Assembly (NCBI GenBank): GCA_015064625.1
Contig: SVRW01000008.1
Location: 87-64,086 of the forward strand
Source of the DNA: Oscillospiraceae bacterium
GTDB taxonomy: Bacteria > Bacillota > Clostridia > Oscillospirales > CAG-382
Length of the DNA: 64,000 bases
Direction of reading: 5' to 3'
Below, piece by piece: positions 53,981 to 62,493 of the stretch (positions within the stretch are counted from its first letter, which is position 1; each line of letters begins with the position of its first letter). The notes under the pieces were generated by a model. That model had not been told where the DNA came from. It was given only the letters and a program-made list of their open reading frames with translations, and ran no database searches. A program made the position numbers and the translations under genes.

Positions 53981-56011
53981 TTATTCAGCAGATACAGATT
54001 CTTCAGCCTTGGATTCAGCAGAAGATTCTTCTGTTGCAGTTTCAGATTCTTCAGTAGGAGTTTCTGATTCAGCCTTTGATGCTTCTTCAGATTTGTCAGC
54101 AGATTCATCTTTGGATGCACCGCTTGTGTCTTTAGAAGTATCTTTTGAGGTTTCCTTATCAAATTCAAACTTTTCAGGAAGGCCCTTTACTGTAGCCTTG
54201 CCGTACTTCTTGAATGCTGAGAAGTCTTTAATATTAGTGTTACTCTGTTCTGCTTTATCATCAACCGTTACAGAAATATCAACTGTCTTAAGAACAGTAG
54301 GATCAAAGGATGCAAATACGCTTACATCAGAGATTGATGCGTTTTCGGAAAGGTCAATGTTTGAAAGTTTTTTGAGGTCCTTAATGCCTGTGATATCAGA
54401 CAGCTTGTTTTCGGAAAGATTGAGAGTTTCAAGCTTAGGCATATTTTCGGAAAGCTTACCGATTGTTGTAATTTCGTTATCAGAAGCTTCAAGTGTTTTA
54501 AGCTTTTTAAGTCCTGTAAGAACAGAGATATCTTTTATCTTATTACCCGTAAGAGTAAGGGTTTCAAGCTTTTCAAGTCCTGCAAGAGCAGAAATGTTTT
54601 CAAGAGTTTTTACAGGTTCTTTTTCTTCTGCCTTTTCAGAAGATGTTGTTTCAGAATTTTCTGTTTCTTCTTCTTTTTCTGCGTTTGAAGAAAGGTCAAG
54701 AGTTACAAGAGATGTAACCTTGCTTATTGTTCCAAGATCAGAAATGCAGTTATTAGAGAGAGTAAGGGTCTGAAGCTTGGTGTTCTGTTCGCCGATGCCG
54801 TCAACCTTTGCGATTTCGTTTGAACCAAGGTCAACTTTGTTTGCATTCACGAGAGAACCAACGGGAGACATATCCTTAATCTTGTTGTTTGAAGCATAGA
54901 AAAGTCTGAGTTCTGTAAGGCTCTTTACTGGGCTGATATCTTCAATTTCATTATAATAGAGCATAAGGCTCTTGAGATTTACAAAATCGGAAAGAACAGA
55001 GATGTCTTTGATTTTGTTCTGACTGAGGTCAAGAGTTACTATGGACTTAGGAGCGGAAGCGAGAGAAGATATATCTTCAAGCTTCAAATCAGATGCGGAA
55101 AGGCTGAAGAGATTAGGAGCTTTTTCGCTTGTAAGACCTTCGAAGTTCGTTACGTCCGTTCCTGAAAGTTCAAAATATTTAAGTTCAGAAAGATTTTCAA
55201 GACCTGCAAGTGTGTTAAGACTTGAATAACCAACTGCGAGATATTTAAGGTTCTTCATGTTCTTGAAGCAATCAAGGTTTTCAAGCTTTGCAAAGTCAAG
55301 CTGTTCTACATCTGGCAAGCTCTTGTAATAGCCGTAAGAATAATACATATAATAATTATAGTAATTCTGTCTTATAGCCGCACCTGAAACGGAAACGTAT
55401 TTAAGGTTTCTGAAGTTTTCGAAAATTTCGGGGTCGAGAGAATCACAATAGAATTTAATGCTGTGAACTTCTTCCTTTTCTTCTTCCTTGGAAGTATCAG
55501 AAGAAGATGCTGATTCAGAGGATGTAGCTTCGGAAGAAGCAGACTCGGAAGCGTCTTTGGATTCTGCTGATTCAGCGGATTCTTTGGATTCAGCAGAGCC
55601 TGTGGATTCCTTTGATTCTTCGGATTCCTCGGATTCTTCCTTTGAGGAAGGGTCTGCAAGAAGATTATCAACGTCAGCTTCAGCGGATGCAAGCTGTTCA
55701 GAAGCGAAAACGCTGTCGCCTAAATATACAACGTTTTTGAATTCACCTTCGGATGTGTATTCAAGAGTGTATGCAAAATATTCGTATTTATCAAGCATTT
55801 CCTGAGTAATATGCTTTGGATAATACTTTTCACCTACAAATTCGCCATGAGCTTCTGCAAAGCCTTTTGCAAATTCCTTATGAGGAATAAGGCTGGAGCT
55901 CATATAAACGGTTCTTAAAACCAGCAAAGCAGTAAATAAAACTACCACTGCTGTAACTACCATCAAGAAAATAAATTTCTTTTTCAGACTGCTTTTTGAA
56001 TAGTTCGCCAT
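53981..56011 (-). CDS. N-terminally anchored internalin-type leucine-rich-repeat surface protein
   Basis: GGAGGA RBS. TM segment FIFLMVVTAVVVLFTALLVL. About 15 units of 22-aa LRRs (LxxLxLxxNxIxDISxL). Two Ser/Glu/Lys-rich acidic low-complexity regions. Confidence 0.7.
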   Translation of the reverse strand: MANYSKSSLKKKFIFLMVVTAVVVLFTALLVLRTVYMSSSLIPHKEFAKGFAEAHGEFVGEKYYPKHITQEMLDKYEYFAYTLEYTSEGEFKNVVYLGDSVFASEQLASAEADVDNLLADPSSKEESEESEESKESTGSAESKESAESAESKDASESASSEATSSESASSSDTSKEEEKEEVHSIKFYCDSLDPEIFENFRNLKYVSVSGAAIRQNYYNYYMYYSYGYYKSLPDVEQLDFAKLENLDCFKNMKNLKYLAVGYSSLNTLAGLENLSELKYFELSGTDVTNFEGLTSEKAPNLFSLSASDLKLEDISSLASAPKSIVTLDLSQNKIKDISVLSDFVNLKSLMLYYNEIEDISPVKSLTELRLFYASNNKIKDMSPVGSLVNANKVDLGSNEIAKVDGIGEQNTKLQTLTLSNNCISDLGTISKVTSLVTLDLSSNAEKEEETENSETTSSEKAEEKEPVKTLENISALAGLEKLETLTLTGNKIKDISVLTGLKKLKTLEASDNEITTIGKLSENMPKLETLNLSENKLSDITGIKDLKKLSNIDLSENASISDVSVFASFDPTVLKTVDISVTVDDKAEQSNTNIKDFSAFKKYGKATVKGLPEKFEFDKETSKDTSKDTSGASKDESADKSEEASKAESETPTEESETATEESSAESKAEESVSAE

Positions 56012-56087
56012 TTTTAAATATCCTCCATGTTTTTATCGCTATAAAGAAAACTATCCTGTGAGGGCATAATACCACCACTAAAAATAG

Positions 56088-56116
56088 ATAATAGCACATC
56101 TTAAATAAAAAATCAA
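56088..56116 (-). promoter_or_regulatory. sigma-A-type promoter for the LRR gene
   Basis: Minus strand reads TTGATT (56116-56111), a 17-nt spacer, then TATTAT (56093-56088). Confidence 0.4.
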
Positions 56117-56300
56117 TACTTTAATAGAAAAAAGGATAAAAAATTCATACTATACGCCTTTTTTCGTATAAAATGCAGTTATACTATCAGATTTTTCTTT
56201 TATTTTTTGCTCAAATGCGGGTTTTCCTTGATTTTTCTCGATTTTAACGAAATTTTAAAGATATTTTTTGATTATTTTCAATATTTTTTTTATAAAACTA

Positions 56301-56329
56301 TTGATTTTTTAGAAAAAGGGTGTTATACT
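56301..56329 (+). promoter_or_regulatory. sigma-A-type promoter for rpmE
   Basis: TTGATT (56301-56306), a 17-nt spacer ending in TGT, then TATACT (56324-56329). Confidence 0.55.
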
Positions 56330-56375
56330 ATCAGAGCATGAAAAAAAGTTTGAACTTGAAAGTGAGGTAAAGATT

Positions 56376-56576
56376 ATGAAAGAAGGTATCCATCCCGTAC
56401 TTAAAGAAGTTACGGTACGTTGCGCTTGCGGCGAGGAGTTCACAACTCTTTCCACAAAAGATAGCCTTAAAGTGGATATTTGTTCCAAATGCCACCCATT
56501 CTATACAGGTAAGCAGAAATTCGTTGATGCGGGCGGTAGAGTTGACAAATTCAAGAAGAAGTACAATCTTCAGTAA
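56376..56576 (+). CDS. rpmE: 50S ribosomal protein L31 (Zn-ribbon type A)
   Basis: 66 aa. [22 protein letters not shown]...[28 protein letters not shown]. Confidence 0.95.
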   Translation: MKEGIHPVLKEVTVRCACGEEFTTLSTKDSLKVDICSKCHPFYTGKQKFVDAGGRVDKFKKKYNLQ

Positions 56577-56597
56577 TAAGCGAAAACGTTATGATTA

Positions 56598-56637
56598 CAG
56601 GGACGCTCATAAAGAGCCGTCCCTGTTTTTCTTTTTT
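56598..56637 (+). terminator. rho-independent terminator of rpmE
   Basis: acagggacg (56598-56606) pairs with cgtccctgt (56618-56626), followed by tttttctttttt. Confidence 0.75.
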
Positions 56638-59119
56638 ATTTCCTGAAGATTTTATAAATCGATCCTATAAATAACGCTGCAGCGGAAAGAATAAAAACAA
56701 CGAGCCACTGTGAAGAAGTCAAGGCTACTGTTCGGAAAATCCCTCTCAATGATGGAAGAAGGATAACTGACAGCTGTAAGGATGCGCAGAAGAAAAATGA
56801 CCCTAAAAGATACATATTTGAAAATACAGACCCGCTTCTCATATTGAAGGAATGGAAAAGTTGAGATAACGATAAAACCGCAAAGGACATTGTTCTTCCC
56901 GTAAAATGTCCGCCCATATTAGTACCTACTATATATGCGGACAGCGAAAGAATTCCGATTATAACACCGCCTAAAATTATTTCAAGCCCCATACCGTCAG
57001 AAAAAATACCTTCCTTTTGCTTCACAGGCTTTCTTTTCATTATGTCACTTGGAACTCTTTCCATTCCAAGAGCAATTGCGGGAAGAGAATCCGTTACAAG
57101 ATTCACCCATAAAAGCTGTATTGCCGCCAAAGGTGAAGGCAACGATGCTAAGATAGCACAAAGTATAAGAAGTATTTCCCCAATATTACAGGAAAGAAGA
57201 AAATGAACGCTTCTCCTTATGTTTTCGTAAATGCCTCTCCCCTGCTCAACTGCATCAACTATGGTAACAAAATTATCATCCGTCAGAACCATATCTGCAG
57301 CTTCCTTTGCCACTTCCGTTCCGCTTATACCCATAGCACATCCAATATCACTGCTTTTAAGAGCCGGAGCATCGTTAACACCGTCCCCCGTCATAGCAAC
57401 AGTAAAGCCTGCCTTTTTGTAGGCTTCCACAACTTCTACCTTAAATTCAGGAGTAACACGTGCAAAAACGTTATGTGAGAGAATAATTTCACGTTTTTTG
57501 GCATAGGGTAACGATTCCAGCTCCTTTTCAGTTACAACAGATGGAGATGGAAATCCTGCCTCTGCGGCAATTGCTTTGGCAGTTTCGGGATGATCTCCCG
57601 TTATCATAACCGTCTTTATACCTGCGTTTTTGCACTTTTCCACAGCTTTTTTCACACCCTCTTTTGGTGGATCTTTCATTCCCGAAAGTCCTGCAAATTT
57701 AAAAATATCTTTTTTATCTTTGCAAATTTTCTTCAAGTCGGGTTTTTCTTTAACCTCTGCATAAGCAAAAGCCATAACTCTCAAAGCCTTTGATGCCATT
57801 TCACTGCTTTTTTCTCTATAACCTGAAGTTTTTGTTGAACAAAATTGTTCAACTGCTTCTACAGCTCCTTTTATAGAGATAAAATAGCCGTTTTTTTGCT
57901 TATGTACCGTTGCCATATATTTTTTTGACGAATCAAAAGGATTCGTTTCTATTCTTTCGTATTCCGAAAAAACGCATCCAGCTTTTTCTGCTTTTTCTTT
58001 AAGTGCGTTTTCTGTAGGTGAAGAAAAATCGTTGCAAAGAAGGGAAATTTTGTGTATTTTTTCAACGTCTCCCCATTCTTCCATAACTTCCATTTTATTT
58101 TTAGTTATTGTACCCGTTTTATCCGAACAGATAATTTCCGCACAGCCTAAAGTTTCCACAGCAGGTAAGGATTTGACAACCGCCTTTCTTTTTGCCATCC
58201 TTTGCATACCGAGGCTTAAAACTACGGTAACAATGGCGGGTAATCCTTCAGGAATAGCCGCAACAGCGAGGCTTACAGACGTAAGGAACATTTCTGCCGC
58301 AGGCATTTTCTTATAAAGAGAAAAGACAAAAATCAATGCACATATTATCAAAGCTCCATTTCCCAAAACCGTTGAAACAGAGGATAATTTTTTTTGTAAC
58401 GGTGTTTTTTCCTTTTCCGCTTTTGAAAGAGAATGGGCTATTGAACCAACTCTGCTATGTATTCCCGTTGCAACAGCAACTCCCTTCCCTGTTCCCGAAA
58501 GTACAGGACAGCCCGACCAAAGCATATTTGCCATGTCAGATACGTGGTCATCCTTTTTACATATATAGTCTGCGTTTTTCTCAGCTTCAACTGATTCACC
58601 CGTCAACGAGGATTCATCTGCGGTTATATAGTTTGATTCTATAAGCCTTATATCAGCAGGAGCAACGTCACCCTTTTTTATTATTACAACATCTCCAAAA
58701 ACGATTTCTTCCGCATTTATTCGTTTTTCTATACCGTCTCTCATAACTAAAGCCTCAGGGGCTGTCATTTTTTTAAGAGCTTCCATTGCGTTTTCTGCTT
58801 TACTCTCCTGCACCGCACCAATTAATGCGTTAACGGCGACAATAACCAATATAGTTACCCAATCATAGTCCTTTTCTCCACTGAAATACGAAGCAAGAAA
58901 AGAAACTGCTGCAGCAAAAAGCAATATAAATATCATTTTGTCGGAAAGCTGTTTTATTATCTTATATAAAAAGCTTTTTTTCTTTTTTAAAACAAAGCTG
59001 TTTTTTCCATATTTTTCAAGCCTTTCCCTTGCTTCCTCCTCTGTCAGTCCAAAATCAGAGCTTTCAGCTTTTTTCAATACATCTTTTTTTGGAATCGACC
59101 AATATTTTTCCTCCGTCAT
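56636..59119 (-). CDS. P2-type cation (Ca2+-type) transporting P-type ATPase
   Basis: 827 aa. GGAG RBS. N-terminal Cation_ATPase_N (GLTEEEARERLEKYGKNSF), TGES, ICSDKTGTITKN, MITGDHPETA and TGDGVNDAPALK. Confidence 0.85.
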   Translation of the reverse strand: MTEEKYWSIPKKDVLKKAESSDFGLTEEEARERLEKYGKNSFVLKKKKSFLYKIIKQLSDKMIFILLFAAAVSFLASYFSGEKDYDWVTILVIVAVNALIGAVQESKAENAMEALKKMTAPEALVMRDGIEKRINAEEIVFGDVVIIKKGDVAPADIRLIESNYITADESSLTGESVEAEKNADYICKKDDHVSDMANMLWSGCPVLSGTGKGVAVATGIHSRVGSIAHSLSKAEKEKTPLQKKLSSVSTVLGNGALIICALIFVFSLYKKMPAAEMFLTSVSLAVAAIPEGLPAIVTVVLSLGMQRMAKRKAVVKSLPAVETLGCAEIICSDKTGTITKNKMEVMEEWGDVEKIHKISLLCNDFSSPTENALKEKAEKAGCVFSEYERIETNPFDSSKKYMATVHKQKNGYFISIKGAVEAVEQFCSTKTSGYREKSSEMASKALRVMAFAYAEVKEKPDLKKICKDKKDIFKFAGLSGMKDPPKEGVKKAVEKCKNAGIKTVMITGDHPETAKAIAAEAGFPSPSVVTEKELESLPYAKKREIILSHNVFARVTPEFKVEVVEAYKKAGFTVAMTGDGVNDAPALKSSDIGCAMGISGTEVAKEAADMVLTDDNFVTIVDAVEQGRGIYENIRRSVHFLLSCNIGEILLILCAILASLPSPLAAIQLLWVNLVTDSLPAIALGMERVPSDIMKRKPVKQKEGIFSDGMGLEIILGGVIIGILSLSAYIVGTNMGGHFTGRTMSFAVLSLSQLFHSFNMRSGSVFSNMYLLGSFFFCASLQLSVILLPSLRGIFRTVALTSSQWLVVFILSAAALFIGSIYKIFRK

Positions 59120-60338
59120 AAAATATCTCCTTTCTTTTTATGTATATCAAAAACAAATTAGGAAAAACCATCAGACAATTAAGAATGTCAGATGCAACCC
59201 AAGACAGCTTCAATGGAGCAACGCACCCTAAAGCAAAAGTAAAAGTTGCAAGGATTTTATAACTGATGGAACAAAACGTAAAACTCCGTTTTTGCCTATG
59301 TGCAAGAAATCCGATACAGGCTTCGCTATAATAGCACCAGCTTAAAACAGCCGCAAAAGCAAATACCGCCATAAAGAAAGCAAACAATAATCCTCCCGTG
59401 CTTCCAAAAAACTTCAAGAAAAGCTCAGACACGGAAAAAGTGCCGTTACACAAAAGGCAAAACGCAGTAAGCGTTCCAACTAAAAAAGTATCAACGTATA
59501 TTTCCATAACGCCCCAGATTCCGCTTATAAACGGGTTTCCGTCTCCGCTGGCATGGGCTATGGGAGAAGAACCCATTCCCGCCTCGTGAGAAAAAACGCC
59601 TCTTATCGTACCAACTCTCAAGGCTCTTGAAAAAAGATATGCAGAAGCTCCTGCGCTCATTTGCTTTATCCCGAAAGCTTCACTGATAATAGAAGAAAAA
59701 GCGCTTTGTAAGTTATTTCCCGATTTTATAAGAATAAACATCATTCCGAGAACGTAGAGAACTGACGAAACGGGTACGAGAACAGAATTCACCTTTTCAA
59801 TTCTCTTTTTCCCACCTATAAGCACTAATAAAAGAAGAATGCCAGAGAAAAAAGCAATATTTTTTGAAGATACGCCTACGTTTAGGAAAGCCTCTGCCAT
59901 AGCCCCGCTTTGAGCAGAATTTCCACCGCCTAATGATGCGCACACAGCAAGTAGTGCAAATGCTGCTCCGAGCCTGTAATATCCTGCTTTTTCAAGAGCA
60001 ACCATAGCACCGCCCATTTTATTATTACGATATTTCACAGCAACGTAGGTTTCAGCATATTTTATCCCCATTCCAAAAAATGAGGTTACCCACATCCAGA
60101 AAATACTTCCTGCTCCGCCCTCCGATATGGCAAGCCCGATCCCTGTTATGCTTCCAACACCTACAGTACCGCCCAATGCTGTTGCAAAGGCAGATAAGGA
60201 TTCCTTTTTTTTATTTTCCGAAAATAAAGATTTAATTCCCCGTATCTGTATGAACTTTGATTTGAGCGTAAAATAAATTCCGAAAACAGACAATAACAAA
60301 ACGCAGGGATATGTGCATACAATCTCAATTATCTTCAT
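59064..60338 (-). CDS. alanine/glycine:cation symporter (AGCS family)
   Basis: AAGGAG RBS. SAFATALGGTVGVGSITGIGLAISEGGAGSIFWMWVTSFFGM matches the AGCS signature region. The 3' end overlaps the ATPase gene start by 56 nt. Confidence 0.85.
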   Translation of the reverse strand: MKIIEIVCTYPCVLLLSVFGIYFTLKSKFIQIRGIKSLFSENKKKESLSAFATALGGTVGVGSITGIGLAISEGGAGSIFWMWVTSFFGMGIKYAETYVAVKYRNNKMGGAMVALEKAGYYRLGAAFALLAVCASLGGGNSAQSGAMAEAFLNVGVSSKNIAFFSGILLLLVLIGGKKRIEKVNSVLVPVSSVLYVLGMMFILIKSGNNLQSAFSSIISEAFGIKQMSAGASAYLFSRALRVGTIRGVFSHEAGMGSSPIAHASGDGNPFISGIWGVMEIYVDTFLVGTLTAFCLLCNGTFSVSELFLKFFGSTGGLLFAFFMAVFAFAAVLSWCYYSEACIGFLAHRQKRSFTFCSISYKILATFTFALGCVAPLKLSWVASDILNCLMVFPNLFLIYIKRKEIFYDGGKILVDSKKRCIEKS

Positions 60339-60493
60339 TTTATCACTCCTTTTAGTGCCTTACGAATACAATATATTTTAATTTTAATAAAAATATAAAG
60401 AAATTTCAAAAAAGCTCTTTTCAATTGACGAAAAATGTGTTATTATGGTATATAGAGAATTTTTAAAATAAAGATACAGGAAGGAAAACAACA

Positions 60494-61012
60494 ATGCCAG
60501 TTTTCACAGAATCAAAAAAAGGGTATGATAAAGACGAAGTAAATAACTTTATCAAGCAGTTAAACGAAACAACTGAAGCCCGTATCTCCGAAAAAGATGC
60601 AAAAATCAAAGAGCTTGAAGACGAAATCAGACGTCTTACGAAAAAAGGTGATATTACCACCACACAAGCACCTTCTGAAACGCCCTCAGAGGATGTAGGA
60701 GAAGCAAAGAAAAAATATGAGCGTCTTTGTGCTGATATGGGTGAAAAACTTTTGCTTGCTGAAGTTAAAGCTTCTGAAATCATTGATGACGCAAACAAAA
60801 AGGCTGAAAAAATCATGATTGATGCAAGAGTATCCGCAAATGAGAAGGTTGAAGAAATTCTCAAAGATGCAAACCTCAAAGCCGATGGAATAAGAAAAGC
60901 AGTTGCAGATTATTCCGAAAAAGGGCAGGAAATAATGGCATTGCTTAATACAACAGAAGAAACCTTCAGAAAAGCTTTGGAAGGTATTTCCGCTCATATT
61001 TATAAAGGATAA
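60494..61012 (+). CDS. DivIVA-domain protein
   Basis: MPVFTESKKGYDKDEVNNFIKQLNE (DivIVA N-terminal motif F-x-x-x-x-GYxxxEVxxFL) followed by a coiled-coil-like remainder. Confidence 0.7.
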   Translation: MPVFTESKKGYDKDEVNNFIKQLNETTEARISEKDAKIKELEDEIRRLTKKGDITTTQAPSETPSEDVGEAKKKYERLCADMGEKLLLAEVKASEIIDDANKKAEKIMIDARVSANEKVEEILKDANLKADGIRKAVADYSEKGQEIMALLNTTEETFRKALEGISAHIYKG

Positions 61013-61015
61013 TTT

Positions 61016-62422
61016 ATGACAGAGCTTAATAGAATTGAAAAATTTATTGAAAGAACGAGAGACGAATATTTGTTCGACCTCAAAGATATAATTTCCATTC
61101 CAAGTGTTGAAAGCGAACCCGTAGGAGATATGGTTTTCGGAAAAAACGTAGGTCTCGCTTTAGAATGCCTTTTAAAAATGGGCGAAAAATACGGATTCCA
61201 ATGTGAAAACGTTGATTACCGTTGCGGAAGAATAACGTTAAAATCAAATAGCAAAAAAGAAATCCCTTACAAAGAGGGATTTGAAAACGAAGTTGGTATT
61301 GTAGGACATATCGATGTTGTTCCCGCAGAACCTTCAACGTGGAGCTGTGAACCTTTTGCTCTCACTGTAAGAGATGGACTCCTTCTTGGCAGGGGAACGG
61401 AAGACGATAAAGGACCCCTTATTGCCGCATTATACGCTATGAGATATATTAAGGAAGAATATAAAAAAGAGCTTCCTTTCGATATCTCCATTATTGCAGG
61501 CTGTAATGAAGAAACAGGAATGAAGGATCTTCCCTATTATCTGGAAAAACATAAAGCTCCTTTCTTTTCAGTGACTCCCGATGCAAGCTTTCCTGTTTGC
61601 ATTGGCGAAAAAGGAATTATGACTGTTTACGTTACTATTCCCGAATGTCTTTCCAAAATTGAAAGCTTTACAGGAGGAACTGTTAAAAACGCTGTTGCAG
61701 GAAAAGCTGAATCAATGCTTAAAAATGGTCAAGCATTGCCCGAAACGAGTGATATATCCATTAACAAAAATAACGTAACAGCCGTTGGAATAACAGCTCA
61801 TGCAGCAATTCCCGAATCAGGTAAAAATGCTATTGGTATTCTTGCAAAGTACCTTCTTGAAAATATAAATCCCCAAGGAAAAGAAAAAGAAGCTCTTGAA
61901 TTCCTTAGAGAAGCTGCCTTTGATTATAAGGGAACAGTTTTCGGTATTAACTGTGAAGACGAACATTCAGGTTATTTAACTTGCGTTGCTGGCGTTACAA
62001 CAACAGAAGGTAATTCTATAACTCAATCTTTTAATATAAGACTTCCCGTGACGAAAACATGGGATACGGTTATAGAAAAAATACAAAATTTCTGTAATGA
62101 AAAAGGATACGTTTTAAAGACGTACGGAAATTCAAAGCCATATTATATTCCTGCTGACAGTAAGGAAGTTCAGCTTCTTCTTAATTGCTACAATGAGGTA
62201 ACAAATGACGAAGGTAAGCCTTACACAATAGGTGGCGGAACGTATGCAAAAATATTTCCGAATACTTACGTTTATGGAGCAACTCAAGCAAAGTATTCTT
62301 CTCTTTTAGGTGCTGGAAAAGGCGGAGCACATGAAAATGATGAATATATTTCTCAAAAGGAATTCGAGGATTGCATCAAAGTTTTTATAAAGATGTTTAT
62401 ATCCATTTCCGAAAAAATGTAA
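61016..62422 (+). CDS. pepV: M20-family dipeptidase (PepV/Sapep-like)
   Basis: 468 aa. IPSVESEP..., GHIDVVPA, PF..TVRDGLLLGRGTEDDKGP, NEETG and GGGTYA motifs. Confidence 0.8.
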   Translation: MTELNRIEKFIERTRDEYLFDLKDIISIPSVESEPVGDMVFGKNVGLALECLLKMGEKYGFQCENVDYRCGRITLKSNSKKEIPYKEGFENEVGIVGHIDVVPAEPSTWSCEPFALTVRDGLLLGRGTEDDKGPLIAALYAMRYIKEEYKKELPFDISIIAGCNEETGMKDLPYYLEKHKAPFFSVTPDASFPVCIGEKGIMTVYVTIPECLSKIESFTGGTVKNAVAGKAESMLKNGQALPETSDISINKNNVTAVGITAHAAIPESGKNAIGILAKYLLENINPQGKEKEALEFLREAAFDYKGTVFGINCEDEHSGYLTCVAGVTTTEGNSITQSFNIRLPVTKTWDTVIEKIQNFCNEKGYVLKTYGNSKPYYIPADSKEVQLLLNCYNEVTNDEGKPYTIGGGTYAKIFPNTYVYGATQAKYSSLLGAGKGGAHENDEYISQKEFEDCIKVFIKMFISISEKM

Positions 62423-62493
62423 TATAAGTAATAAACAAACCGTTTTTCTCATATAAGTTATTAAACGATATTATGTAGAAAGGCGGTTTTTTT

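Noticed and set aside
53904-54773. 289-aa Ser-rich plus-strand ORF
   Set aside because: It is antisense to the LRR surface-protein gene. The Ser/Phe-rich translation is the complement of that gene's Glu/Lys/Leu repeats.
56171-56245. 24-codon hydrophobic mini-ORF (MQLYYQIFLLFFAQMRVFLDFSRF)
   Set aside because: It has no RBS and no conservation evidence is available. AT-rich intergenic DNA readily yields such frames.
56178-56334. 13-nt exact duplication gttatactatcag at 56178-56190 and 56322-56334 upstream of rpmE
   Set aside because: Only the second copy has a matching -35 element. The first has none, and I see no structure linking the two copies. Probably a chance or remnant duplication in an AT-rich spacer.
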